Positions 18,567 through 28,114 are shown, numbered from the stretch's first letter. The stretch: 61,100 nt of DNA from Methanobacteriota archaeon (GCA_029555345.1 JAKPSJ010000136.1:1-61100); one strand, 5' to 3'. Numbers and translations are program-made. Notes: generated by a model not told the origin, from the sequence alone.

Positions 18567-20480
18567 TCAGGTGCCGAGGGCGTAGATCCGGACTCCCCCG
18601 CGGTCGTAGACAGGGACGAGACCCGCCCCGTCCACCCGGACGGCATACCTCTCCCTCTCCGGGTCGCCGACATAGACATGGGTCATGTTGTACTGGCGCA
18701 TGAGGCCTGCCGTCATGGCCGGATCCTCGTAAATCGTCTTCACGTCCGACTGGCGCTTCCCGTACCACCCGCCGGTATCGCTGCGCCACATGTACTCGTG
18801 GAAAGGCCACCCGATTATCGTCGGTATCCCCGTGAAGGAGGATACCCGTCCGAAGTACGTGTAATCCCCGCCCTCGGCCTCGACGACGCCCCCGGCACCC
18901 GGGAGGGACCGCAGAAAGGCTATACCACCGGCATCGCCCGGGTGAGCGGCATCGAGGTAGCCGAGGCCGTCCAGCGTCCCGCCCCTGTACGGCGGGTCCA
19001 GTGGCACGGCGAGCGGTGCGACGACCATGAACACCGACACAAGGACCAGCGCCAGCTTCCCGGACCATGCCGGAAAGCGCCCGGGAGGGACGTGCCTGCC
19101 TGCCAGGGAAGAGAGCATGGAAAAGGAAGAGATCCCCATCAGCAGCCAGGCGGCGATGTAGAACTTGAAGACGGTGTTCATCCGGTAATAGGTATCGCCC
19201 ATGTTGTCTTTCAGGTAGAGGAATTCGCAGAGGATGACGATGGCGAGGCCGAGCATCGCGAGCACTTCGGATGGGGTCCGCCTCTTTCCTGCCAGCAGGT
19301 AGACGAGGGGAACCGCGGCTATCGCTGCTGCAGGGTACCCTGCCAGGGCGACAACCCCCGGGACGACGAGAAGGAGGGGGCGACTCCATATGTCGCGGGC
19401 GAGGTAGAGCACCATCACGAGGATGAAGAACCCGTGCACGAGGAGGAAATCGGCCGGCGCCGTGGGGGTATGGACGAAACCGACTCCCATGATGCCCTGC
19501 GAGTTCATCTGGATGTAGAAGGGGAGATAGCAGAGCACCGCGGTAACCGGGACGAGGAGAAAGAAAGACCAGGGGGACGCGGGAACCATGGCGAGCAACC
19601 GTTTCGCCCCTACCCTGCAATGCGAACGAAAGAGAGAGAGGCAGGACCGCGCGGCCTCCCCTGCCCTGCGAATCGAGCTGGCGAGGGTGCCGCACAGACC
19701 TGCACCGGGCGTGGGTTCCCGCGCTTCGTGCCAGATCATCAGGCCGATGAGGAGCGTGATCGGGGCGTAGACGATGACGTCCCACGTGTTGATGGGCGGC
19801 ATCGACCCGAGCGAGAGCCCGCATACGAGGACGAGGAGAGAGCGGCCCCGGATGTCCAGGTCTCTGAACCGGAGCAGCGAGTAGACGAGCAGGAAGATAA
19901 AGAGGACCTGGTTGAACATCCCGATGACGTGGGGGTGGACGTCCCCCCACAGGAAGGAGAACAGGGGGTACTCGTTGATGGTGTCCGGGATCGTCCGGGT
20001 GCTGTCCCACAGGATCGACCCGATGGCCTTTCCCTGGACGACCTGCCAGACAAAGGAGGGGTTGACGGCGAGGAGCGTCCCGGGGACCATCCAGGGGAAC
20101 CGAGGTGCTATCATTTTTCCCAGGGCGTAGAGAACAACTGCCGAGAACCCGAAGACCGTGGGGAGCACGAGGTTGAACGCGACCTGCGACGGCACACCGC
20201 TCGCAATCCCGAGTGCGCCGAACATCCAGTACCCGAGGTAATAGTAGACATCGAGGTAACCGGAAGAGAACCAGGGGTCCAGCGGCGGGACGACCGGCAG
20301 GCGCATCACGGACGCGAGGAACGCATGGTCCATGAACTTCTCCGCGTACGAGATGCTGGGGTTCGTGAACCGGACGCTCAACATCGAGAAGAAGAAGAGG
20401 AGGAATACGGCTGCATAGACCCACTGCGCCGACCAGTACTCCCGTGCATAGCCCTTCCTGTATGCAGCGAGGAGAAACAT
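18567..20480 (-). CDS. TIGR03662/DUF2298 Chlor_Arch_YYY polytopic membrane protein (first ATG; the true N-terminus probably lies further upstream, see findings)
   Basis: 637 aa and strongly hydrophobic. Contains the family-defining YYYxG motif (LDVYYYLGYW). The frame stays open and TM-like up to 20699. Confidence 0.85.
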   Translation of the reverse strand: MFLLAAYRKGYAREYWSAQWVYAAVFLLFFFSMLSVRFTNPSISYAEKFMDHAFLASVMRLPVVPPLDPWFSSGYLDVYYYLGYWMFGALGIASGVPSQVAFNLVLPTVFGFSAVVLYALGKMIAPRFPWMVPGTLLAVNPSFVWQVVQGKAIGSILWDSTRTIPDTINEYPLFSFLWGDVHPHVIGMFNQVLFIFLLVYSLLRFRDLDIRGRSLLVLVCGLSLGSMPPINTWDVIVYAPITLLIGLMIWHEAREPTPGAGLCGTLASSIRRAGEAARSCLSLFRSHCRVGAKRLLAMVPASPWSFFLLVPVTAVLCYLPFYIQMNSQGIMGVGFVHTPTAPADFLLVHGFFILVMVLYLARDIWSRPLLLVVPGVVALAGYPAAAIAAVPLVYLLAGKRRTPSEVLAMLGLAIVILCEFLYLKDNMGDTYYRMNTVFKFYIAAWLLMGISSFSMLSSLAGRHVPPGRFPAWSGKLALVLVSVFMVVAPLAVPLDPPYRGGTLDGLGYLDAAHPGDAGGIAFLRSLPGAGGVVEAEGGDYTYFGRVSSFTGIPTIIGWPFHEYMWRSDTGGWYGKRQSDVKTIYEDPAMTAGLMRQYNMTHVYVGDPERERYAVRVDGAGLVPVYDRGGVRIYALGT

Positions 20481-20688
20481 CGCCGCGAACGGGACGAGTG
20501 CGAGGGATATGGGGAGCCGGAGGAGCCCGCAGTACCAGCTGGCGAGGGTGAACAGGAGGAGAGAGACGGGGAACGAGACGGGGTAGGCGTACTCGGCGAA
20601 CGTGCGCCTCAGGAAAGGCCAGACCGAGACCTGGAGGAAGGAGACGAGGAGGAGCCAGGAGATAACCGAGAGGGCCTGGAACGAATAG

Positions 20689-21654
20689 TCAATCAGCCTT
20701 CATCCCCCCGAACCTGTCCTGGAACGCACTCCTGATGCTGTCGAGCACCCACCCTCCGAAATAGTAGATGGAGACGATCCCCCCGCCGAGCGTGACGAGG
20801 TTCTTGACCAGGTGGTCGATGACAGCAATCATTGCTGCATCGGACGCCGGGACCCCGGCGAGGGCGAAGGTGAGCGCCAGCGCCAGCTCGTACGTGCCGA
20901 CCCCGCCGGGTGTCAGGGGCACGGCCTTGACGAGGTTTCCGACCACGATGCCGAGGACTACCACTGCAAACGGCACCTGTTCCTGGAACATCAGCACCAC
21001 GAAGACGCAGACGAGCACGTCCATGAGCCAGATCACGATGGAACTGGCCGAGAGGACGACAAGGGAGCGGTAAGAGAGGGACGCTTCGCGCACCTGCGCA
21101 ATAATGCCGAGGACCACCCGCATGACCCGGTTCTCGGAGGTCACCTTCCCGGCGAGGGCGAGGAAGAAGAAGAAGAAGACCCCCGCGACGATGGGGACGA
21201 TGATGATCGTGTAGAACCAGCCGGGGGCGTTGAGCACGAAGAGGATCGAGACAGCGCCGAGAATCGCCACCATCAGGATATCGAAGACGCGCTCCACGAC
21301 CAGCGAAGAGAGTCCCTGCGATGCCGTGGCCCTGTCATCGTGGCGGAGGATGAATATCCTCACGAGGTCCCCCAGCCGCGCAGGCACGATCAGGTTCGCC
21401 GTCTGGCTCACAAAGATGCAGGCGACGGAGAAATTGACCCTGACACGGACCCCCAGCGAAGAGAGGATGCTCCTGTACCGGAACCCCCGCAGCCACCACG
21501 CAGCGAGGCAGACTGCCGAGGCGATCGCGAGGAAATACCACACGGCGTGCCCTGCGGCAGCGAGGAGGTCGTCCCATATCGTGTAGAGCATGAATGCGAT
21601 GATCCCGGCAGCGAGGAGTGTCGAGACCAGAATTGCACTAACTTTCTTCCACAT
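20689..21654 (-). CDS. UPF0104 / lysylphosphatidylglycerol-synthase-TM-region-like (flippase-like) membrane protein
   Basis: 321 aa with about 8 TM helices. PARLGDLVR motif. 17-nt overlap with the upstream GT2 stop. Confidence 0.8.
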   Translation of the reverse strand: MWKKVSAILVSTLLAAGIIAFMLYTIWDDLLAAAGHAVWYFLAIASAVCLAAWWLRGFRYRSILSSLGVRVRVNFSVACIFVSQTANLIVPARLGDLVRIFILRHDDRATASQGLSSLVVERVFDILMVAILGAVSILFVLNAPGWFYTIIIVPIVAGVFFFFFLALAGKVTSENRVMRVVLGIIAQVREASLSYRSLVVLSASSIVIWLMDVLVCVFVVLMFQEQVPFAVVVLGIVVGNLVKAVPLTPGGVGTYELALALTFALAGVPASDAAMIAVIDHLVKNLVTLGGGIVSIYYFGGWVLDSIRSAFQDRFGGMKAD

Positions 21655-22357
21655 GCAACTGCCACCACAGCCTGAGCACGGCGCTCCCCATCTGGTAGAC
21701 GTCCTTCCGTCTCACGGTCGTGCCACTCCCCTCCCTCCACCTCACGGGGAACTCCTTTATCGAGTAGCCTCTCCTCTGCGCCCTGACCAGGACCTCCGTG
21801 TCCCAGAACCAGTGGGTATCCCTCACCTCGGGGAGGAGGGAGAGCAGCTTCTCTCTCCGGAACGCCTTGAACCCGCACTGGTGGTCGTGCAGCCGGGAAC
21901 CCAGGACGCTGCGGACAAGGAGGTTATATCCCCTGCTGGCCAGTTCACGCCCCTGGCTCCGTGCAATCCTGCTCTTTGGGAGGAGCCGCGAGCCGGTCGC
22001 GATGTCGTGCCCCTCCCGGATGGCCCCGACCAGTTCGGGGAGGTGAGCGATGTCGGTGGCGAGGTCGACATCGTAGTAACAGGCGATGTCCCCCCGGGCG
22101 ACTGAAAATGCCTGGGAAAGCGCCCTCCCACGACCAAGGCGCTCGGCGCTGTGGAGGAGGCGGACGCGGCTGTCCCGCTCTTCCCACTCCTTCGCGACGA
22201 GGGTGCTCCCGTCCGTGCTCCCGTCCTCGGCGACGATTAACTCGAAAGTGGCTGCAACGGGTTCGAGGGCTTCGAGGGAGCGGGGTATCGCCACGGCCAG
22301 GCTCTCCCTGTCGTTGTAGACAGGGATGACCACGGAAACGGAGTCCCCGGCAGTCAT
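21638..22357 (-). CDS. Family 2 glycosyltransferase (dolichyl-phosphate sugar synthase-like)
   Basis: VVIPVYND, AEDGSTDGS and YYDVDL motifs. ATGA overlap with the upstream oxidoreductase stop. Confidence 0.9.
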   Translation of the reverse strand: MTAGDSVSVVIPVYNDRESLAVAIPRSLEALEPVAATFELIVAEDGSTDGSTLVAKEWEERDSRVRLLHSAERLGRGRALSQAFSVARGDIACYYDVDLATDIAHLPELVGAIREGHDIATGSRLLPKSRIARSQGRELASRGYNLLVRSVLGSRLHDHQCGFKAFRREKLLSLLPEVRDTHWFWDTEVLVRAQRRGYSIKEFPVRWREGSGTTVRRKDVYQMGSAVLRLWWQLHVEES

Positions 22358-23580
22358 GCTCCCGAGTCTTTCAAGACGAGGTCAGCGACCTCTGTCCCGG
22401 CAGCGACAGCACCGTCCATGCTCCGTTCCGGGTAGTTCGGTCTCGAGAACATCCCCGCGAGGTAGAGGCCCCCGGTCCGGTAGGGTACGATCTTCCGGGC
22501 GAAGCCCGTGGTGTAGAGGGGCCCGGCGCAGGGTTCGACCGCCATCCTGTGCCAGTGCACCTCTTTGCGTGCCACCCCGAACCTCTCGCAGAAGTCCGAC
22601 AGCATCCTCTCGTCGTGATTTGCCGGAGGCTTGCCATGGAAATACGAGGCCAGGTAGACCAGGTGCTCCGGGTACCGGTCCCTCGGGACGAAATTGGTAT
22701 GGGCGATGACCGCACCGTATGGTGCAGGGTCTTTCATGTTCAGCCAGTAGATCCCCTCGGCCACGTCCCTTTCGAGCCCGAGTAGCATGCAGGCGGCTCC
22801 CTGGTACGGTACGGGATCGAGCCCCTGGATCGTCCCTGCAGGAAGGGCCTGCGGGGGGATGGTCGATATGACAGCATCGTACTTCTGGCCATTCACCCTC
22901 CAGCCCCACGTCTCGCGTGCGATGCTCGTCACGGCGTCGCCGAGGCGGATGACGCAGTCTCTTCCCACCCGGTCGGAGAGGGCATCGACCAGGGTAAAAA
23001 ACCCCCCATCCAGGTAGCCGAGACGCTCCCCCGAGAGACCCCGGTTGGAACGGATCGCTATCCTGCTCACGAGCCATGCCGCGGAGACCTGGTCCCTGAA
23101 CTCCCCGAACTTGCTCGCCAGGAGCGGCTCGAAGAAGGACGAGTAGGCCCGCTCACCCAGTTTCCCGATGATGAAGTCGCGGGCAGTCATCCCGTCCAGG
23201 GAGGAGGTGTCCATCCGCTTCGACCGGAGGGTGAGGAGGGCGAGCCTCGCCTTGTCCGAGAGCGAGAGGTGGGGGTAGCGCAGGATCTCCTGCGGGGTAT
23301 CGAGGGGATGGATGCGGCCATCGACGAAGTACCCTGTCGACCCCCTGAGCCATTCCAGCCTGCCCCGTATCCCAAGCATGTCCATCAGGGAGAGGAGGCG
23401 GGTGTCGCCGGCAAAGCAGTGGTGGTAGAAAGACTCGATGTGCGTGTCACCGACCTCGTAGGAGGAGATGCATCCGCCGAGGTTGCGGCATCTCTCGTAG
23501 AGCTCGACCTCGTGATCTCTCCCGAGGGATAAGGCGGCGGAAAGACCGGTCAGCCCACCCCCGACGATGCAGATCTTCAT
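22354..23580 (-). CDS. FAD/NAD(P)-dependent oxidoreductase (amine-oxidase / phytoene-desaturase-like)
   Basis: ATG at 23580 (MKICIVGGGLTGLSAA dinucleotide-binding motif). Confidence 0.85.
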   Translation of the reverse strand: MKICIVGGGLTGLSAALSLGRDHEVELYERCRNLGGCISSYEVGDTHIESFYHHCFAGDTRLLSLMDMLGIRGRLEWLRGSTGYFVDGRIHPLDTPQEILRYPHLSLSDKARLALLTLRSKRMDTSSLDGMTARDFIIGKLGERAYSSFFEPLLASKFGEFRDQVSAAWLVSRIAIRSNRGLSGERLGYLDGGFFTLVDALSDRVGRDCVIRLGDAVTSIARETWGWRVNGQKYDAVISTIPPQALPAGTIQGLDPVPYQGAACMLLGLERDVAEGIYWLNMKDPAPYGAVIAHTNFVPRDRYPEHLVYLASYFHGKPPANHDERMLSDFCERFGVARKEVHWHRMAVEPCAGPLYTTGFARKIVPYRTGGLYLAGMFSRPNYPERSMDGAVAAGTEVADLVLKDSGA

Positions 23581-23763
23581 ATCCTGTTCCCGGTATTGAT
23601 TGGAAAAGGGGGATGAAAAAGGCTCCGCATTGGAAATAATCTTTTTAAATCCGTTTTGACGCAATTTCAGGATAAGGAAAGTATTTCAACTACCGGGAGA
23701 AAATCATATTAAAAACAGAAATGAAACGTCCTTTCGGAAGAATTGGGCTGGTGTTTCAGTTCC

Positions 23764-24942
23764 ATGAGAATGTTTTTCATCGGGTTCGGCCAGGCGGGCG
23801 GAAAGATCGTGGACATGTTCCTCGAGCAGGACAAGAAGATCGGGAGGAACAGTTTCAGGGGTATTGCAGTCAATACGGCCCGGACCGACCTCATGGGCTT
23901 GAAACAGATCGATATGAAGGACCGCATCCTCATCGGCCAGACTGTTGTGAAGGGCCACGGTGTCGGGACTGACAATGCCGCCGGTGCACGCATCACGATG
24001 GACGAGATCGACAGCATTGTGAGCGGCATCGACAGGAGGGGGACCCACGACGTCGATGCGTTCATGATCGTTGCGGGACTCGGTGGAGGCACGGGGTCGG
24101 GGGGCGCACCTGTCCTGACCCGTGCACTGAAGAAGATCTACCGGGAGCCCGTCTATGTCCTCGGCATCCTCCCCGCCCCGGAGGAGGGGCGCCTCTACTC
24201 CTACAATGCCGCCCGGAGTCTCACGACCCTGACCAAGGAAGCGGACAACACGTTCATCTTCGACAACAGTGCGTGGAAGAACGAGGGAGAGAGCATCAAA
24301 TCTGCATTTTCCCGCATCAACGATGAAATCGTCCGCCGTTTCGGTGTCCTGTTCCGTGCAGGCGAGGTGGGGTCCGCCGGGGTCGGCGAGATGGTCGTCG
24401 ATTCGAGCGAGATCATCAACACGCTCCGGGGCGGGGGGATCACGTCGGTCGGGTACGCGATCACCGAGGTCGTCTCCAGGAAGTCGAAGCCGTCCGTAGG
24501 CACGCTCATTGACGGTATCAAGGGGACCATCCGGAAGAGGGAGGCGACCGAGGAGGTCCTGCTCGGCGAGGACAGGACTGCAAAGATAATCTCCCTGGTG
24601 CGGAGAGCAATGCTCGGGAGGCTCACCCTCCCGTGCGACTACAGTACCGCCGAGAGGGCACTCGTCCTCGTCGCAGGCCCGCCCGACGAACTCGATCGAA
24701 AGGGTATCGAGAAGGCCAAGAGCTGGGTCGAGGAGAACATCGCGGGCGTAGAGGTCCGTGGCGGTGATTACCCCGTGAACAGCAACTACGTTGCAGCAGT
24801 CGTCGTCCTCGCCACAGTGGCCAGCTCCCCGAGGATCAGGGAACTGATGGAAATCGCCCGGACCACCAAGGACGACGTCGCAAAGTCCCAGGAGAGAAAA
24901 CCCATTACATTTGACGAAGAGATAGAACCATTGTTCGAGTGA
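23764..24942 (+). CDS. cetZ: CetZ (tubulin/FtsZ-superfamily cell-shape protein)
   Basis: FIGFGQAGGKIVD N-terminus and the tubulin signature GLGGGTGSGGAPV. Confidence 0.9.
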   Translation: MRMFFIGFGQAGGKIVDMFLEQDKKIGRNSFRGIAVNTARTDLMGLKQIDMKDRILIGQTVVKGHGVGTDNAAGARITMDEIDSIVSGIDRRGTHDVDAFMIVAGLGGGTGSGGAPVLTRALKKIYREPVYVLGILPAPEEGRLYSYNAARSLTTLTKEADNTFIFDNSAWKNEGESIKSAFSRINDEIVRRFGVLFRAGEVGSAGVGEMVVDSSEIINTLRGGGITSVGYAITEVVSRKSKPSVGTLIDGIKGTIRKREATEEVLLGEDRTAKIISLVRRAMLGRLTLPCDYSTAERALVLVAGPPDELDRKGIEKAKSWVEENIAGVEVRGGDYPVNSNYVAAVVVLATVASSPRIRELMEIARTTKDDVAKSQERKPITFDEEIEPLFE

Positions 24943-24947
24943 TACGC

Positions 24948-26081
24948 ATGAGAGTGGTATGGCCGTGTGTAACTGTCCTTTTCCTATGCCTCCTTGTCCA
25001 GGGTATGGCTGCCATATCCGTGGGGAATATCGCCATCACGCCATCCGGGAGCCTCATATCGGGCCAGACCCATGTGAGGGCGACCTTCGTTATTGAATTT
25101 CCGGCAAGTGGCGGGAAGACCTTCGACGACGAGAACTCCCTCCAGCTATCCAGCGAGCTGGACAATCCGACGTGGACATATTCCCTCGTCCTCGATGGCA
25201 TCGAAAACCCCTCGAAGACAGAGGTCGGCCAGAACGTCAATATCAATGGCTGGCTTCTCTCCTACCCGTCAAAAAGGGAGATCTCCATGAAGGTGACGAT
25301 GGAAGCAATCGCCCCGACCGTGGAGGGGACCAGCGAGAAGGTCGTCGTCGCGGTGAGAGAGCTTGACAGCAGGGGGAAGTTGATTACCTCCTCCGAGGTC
25401 GTGAAGACAGCCCTCGTCATCAACCCGGCGCAGATCAAAGGGTCCATCCAGCAGGCAAAGGAAGAACTGGCCTCTTTGCGTTCGCAGATCGATGCTGCCA
25501 TGGTCCCGGGCCTCGACTTCTCGGCAGTAGAGGCCAAGTACAGCGAGGCGGCCGCTGCCATCCAGAGTGCGGAGAGTTCCAGCGACTACTCGCGGGCCCA
25601 GGATTCCCTGATCCGTGCAAGTGCTGCAATGGAGGATGCCCGGGCGGCCCTCAGTGAAATAACGATACAGAAGACCATCGATGACGCGGATGCCAAGGTG
25701 GGAGAGGTCGGGGCACTCATCACTGACTTCCGGGTCAACAAGAGCATGGATGCGGATCCCCGCCTCACGCCGATCCTGATCGCCCATGACAACGCCGCCA
25801 GCCTTGTATCGGCAGCCAGGGACGCTCTCTCTGCGAAAGACTATACCCAGGCCAGCAACAAGGCCGTGGAAGCTGCGGCAAAGGCTGAAGAGGCCCTGTC
25901 CGAGGCGCTAGAACTGAAAGAAAAGGTCGAATCCAACCCCCTGGCTGGCGTTGCGTCCGCGGTAGGCGGTGCTCTCTCTGGCAACATTGGCATCATCGTC
26001 GCCATTGTCGTCATCGCCATTGTCGCCATCGTGGGGTACCGCTTCTTCCGGGGGCGGCGGAAATGGGACGAGTTGGGATAG
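24948..26081 (+). CDS. Hypothetical envelope protein: signal peptide, beta-rich domain, long Ala/Glu-rich coiled coil, C-terminal TM plus basic tail
   Basis: ATG at 24948; an alternative GTG at 24939 overlaps the cetZ stop. N-terminus is MRVVWPCVTVLFLCLLVQG. C-terminus is IIVAIVVIAIVAIVGYRFFRGRRKW. Confidence 0.7.
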   Translation: MRVVWPCVTVLFLCLLVQGMAAISVGNIAITPSGSLISGQTHVRATFVIEFPASGGKTFDDENSLQLSSELDNPTWTYSLVLDGIENPSKTEVGQNVNINGWLLSYPSKREISMKVTMEAIAPTVEGTSEKVVVAVRELDSRGKLITSSEVVKTALVINPAQIKGSIQQAKEELASLRSQIDAAMVPGLDFSAVEAKYSEAAAAIQSAESSSDYSRAQDSLIRASAAMEDARAALSEITIQKTIDDADAKVGEVGALITDFRVNKSMDADPRLTPILIAHDNAASLVSAARDALSAKDYTQASNKAVEAAAKAEEALSEALELKEKVESNPLAGVASAVGGALSGNIGIIVAIVVIAIVAIVGYRFFRGRRKWDELG

Positions 26082-26158
26082 CCCCCCTCTTTTTCCGGCA
26101 CTCCACTCTTCGAAATCAGCTTCCCCGCCTGGAATGATGAAGAGGGTTTCTTTGTCTT

Positions 26159-27796
26159 TCAGGAAGGAGCGGGGATCCCTGCCTTTTCGTAAAGACCCGG
26201 TTTCGTGAAGACGTCGATGTTGATGCTCCCCATCTTCCCGTCGCGCTTCACGTAATACTCGGCTATCCGGTTCTCGTTGTCGTAGATGGAGAACCAGTAG
26301 CAGAGCTTGTACGTCTTCTTGTCATAGCCTGAGAGGGCAGGGTAACTCGCCTGGTCATGGGTGATCACCATGTCCGGATCGACGTCGTAGATCGTCGCTT
26401 CGTCCACGATCTTGCCATAGAAGTGCATCCTGTCCCATTTCTCCCCCCGGTCATACCAGGGGAGCGGCCAGTAGTTCTCCGAAGCGATGACGACGGAATC
26501 GGAGGCATCGATGAGATGCATCACGAGGCGCAGGTCCTCGGAGTTCTGCACCTGCACGATGGGCTCGTTGATGTCGCCGGGCGTAAAAGCGACGTGGAAT
26601 GTCATCAGGACCAGGAATGCGCACCCTGCGAGGGCAAATACAGCCTTCTTCTCGTTCAGCATGTACACGGAGACGAGTATGGCAGGAAAGAGCTGGTGGA
26701 TGATCAGCCAGGGCACCTTCTCCCCGAGGTAGGCATAGGCAGCGAGCGTTGCAACGAACCAGAGAATGCAGAAGAGGAAGAAGAGCTCCTTCCTGTCCCA
26801 TTGCCTGCCGGGCCCGCGATAAGCGGGGAGCGGGGATCCGGTGGTGTATTCCGTTCCGGCAGGTTGCCCACCCCGGTGGAACCGGTTGCGGATTCGTGCG
26901 ATCCAGCCCGGGAAGGGGTCGTGGCGGTCAGCGAACTGGACGAGGGCAAAGAGCGCGAGGATGAAGATAGGGACTTCGTAGAGGAGGAAGAGCAGGATGT
27001 AGAAGTACCACGGTCCACAGATGCGGCACTGATTGTGCATTGCAGTCCAATGCGTGTAGGCCGCGATCACACCCGTCTCGAGGACCTCTGGATGGACCCC
27101 CATCGAGGAGTAGAAGAGGGCCATGACACCGACGGCAACGGCGGAGGCGATGACAGTGTCCCGTATCCAGGTGCGGGGGAAGGGGACATCGCGCCTCCAG
27201 AGCAGGTAGACCCCGAACACGACGATAACGACGATGAAGAGCGGCATGTCCTCCTTGAGGCACATCCCCCCGCCCGCGGCGAGGCCAGCGAGGACAGCGT
27301 AGGCGGTCCTTTTCCGCTCGAGGTACGCAAGCAGTGCGACCAGGAGCAGGACAGTGAAGAAGAGCTGGAAGATGTCGTGCCGCAGGAAACGGGAGAAGTA
27401 GACGAGGTTCGGGGAAATGGCGATAAAGAGCGCTGCAACGAGAGCCTGGCGCCTGTCGAGGTATCCCAGGCGGGCCAATGCGTAGACGAGCGGGACGATC
27501 GCCGCGCCGAAGAGGGCCGGGAGGAGCCGGGCGACAGCGTCCGATTGCCCCAGCAGGAAGAACATCCCAGCCGTGACGTAGTACAGCAGCGGCCCGTGGT
27601 ACATCGGGTCGTAGATGTACGTCCCCTTCGTCAGGAGCTCGTAGGAAAACCAGGCATGGATCGCTTCGTCGTGGTGCAGGAGCCTTAAGTCGAGAAAGGA
27701 GAGCCGAAGGGCGAGGGCGATGAGGAAGATTACGACGAACAGTACGTTAAAAGAAAGGACCGGCCGGATCTTCTTGGCAATACCGGCTTCGGTCAA
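26159..27796 (-). CDS. TIGR03663-family polytopic membrane protein (GT-C / PMT-like N-terminus)
   Basis: 545 aa with a TTG start. Family-invariant DE (LHHDEAIH) and HGP (MYHGPLLYY) motifs. Confidence 0.8.
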   Translation of the reverse strand: MTEAGIAKKIRPVLSFNVLFVVIFLIALALRLSFLDLRLLHHDEAIHAWFSYELLTKGTYIYDPMYHGPLLYYVTAGMFFLLGQSDAVARLLPALFGAAIVPLVYALARLGYLDRRQALVAALFIAISPNLVYFSRFLRHDIFQLFFTVLLLVALLAYLERKRTAYAVLAGLAAGGGMCLKEDMPLFIVVIVVFGVYLLWRRDVPFPRTWIRDTVIASAVAVGVMALFYSSMGVHPEVLETGVIAAYTHWTAMHNQCRICGPWYFYILLFLLYEVPIFILALFALVQFADRHDPFPGWIARIRNRFHRGGQPAGTEYTTGSPLPAYRGPGRQWDRKELFFLFCILWFVATLAAYAYLGEKVPWLIIHQLFPAILVSVYMLNEKKAVFALAGCAFLVLMTFHVAFTPGDINEPIVQVQNSEDLRLVMHLIDASDSVVIASENYWPLPWYDRGEKWDRMHFYGKIVDEATIYDVDPDMVITHDQASYPALSGYDKKTYKLCYWFSIYDNENRIAEYYVKRDGKMGSINIDVFTKPGLYEKAGIPAPS

Positions 27797-27805
27797 GCCG
27801 CTCCC

Positions 27806-28114
27806 TCAGCTTTCCAGGACGATCTCGATGCCGATATCTTTTGGGACCTGTGTGCGCATCAGCTGGCGGAGTGCCCTCTCGTCGGCATCGATATCGATGA
27901 GCCTCTTGTGCACCCTCATCTGCCAGCGGTCCCACGTTGCTGTGCCCTCCCCGTCGGGGCTCTTCCGGATGGGGACGACGAGGCGCTTTGTCGGAAGCGG
28001 AATCGGACCAGCCAGATTCACGCCCGTGCGCTCTGCGATCTCGCGGATGCGGTCGCAGACCATCTCGATCTTCTTGAAATCCGTTCCTGTCAGGCGAATT
28101 CTGGCTTTTTGCAT
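27806..28114 (-). CDS. rps10: 30S ribosomal protein S10
   Basis: 102 aa; ARIRLTGTD...RLIDI. Confidence 0.95.
   Translation of the reverse strand: MQKARIRLTGTDFKKIEMVCDRIREIAERTGVNLAGPIPLPTKRLVVPIRKSPDGEGTATWDRWQMRVHKRLIDIDADERALRQLMRTQVPKDIGIEIVLES

Noticed and set aside
20689-20702. Programmed +1 frameshift at GAT-TGA-C fusing the UPF0104 protein to the YYY protein
   Set aside because: The geometry allows it, but tRNA-Asp re-pairing from GAU to AUU would be poor and no stimulatory element is evident. It is kept only as a minor alternative within the start-codon finding.
18555-20735. 726-aa plus-strand ORF, one of many long ORFs in the track. Others include 11502-13205, 5885-7435, 4108-5232, 42708-44027, 51528-53063, 36372-37403, 9377-10537 and 32964-34247.
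   Set aside because: Each lies antisense to, or out of frame with, a gene that has clear family motifs. Their products are Arg/Gly/Pro/Asp/Glu-rich low-complexity strings, as expected from stop-codon depletion in high-GC DNA.
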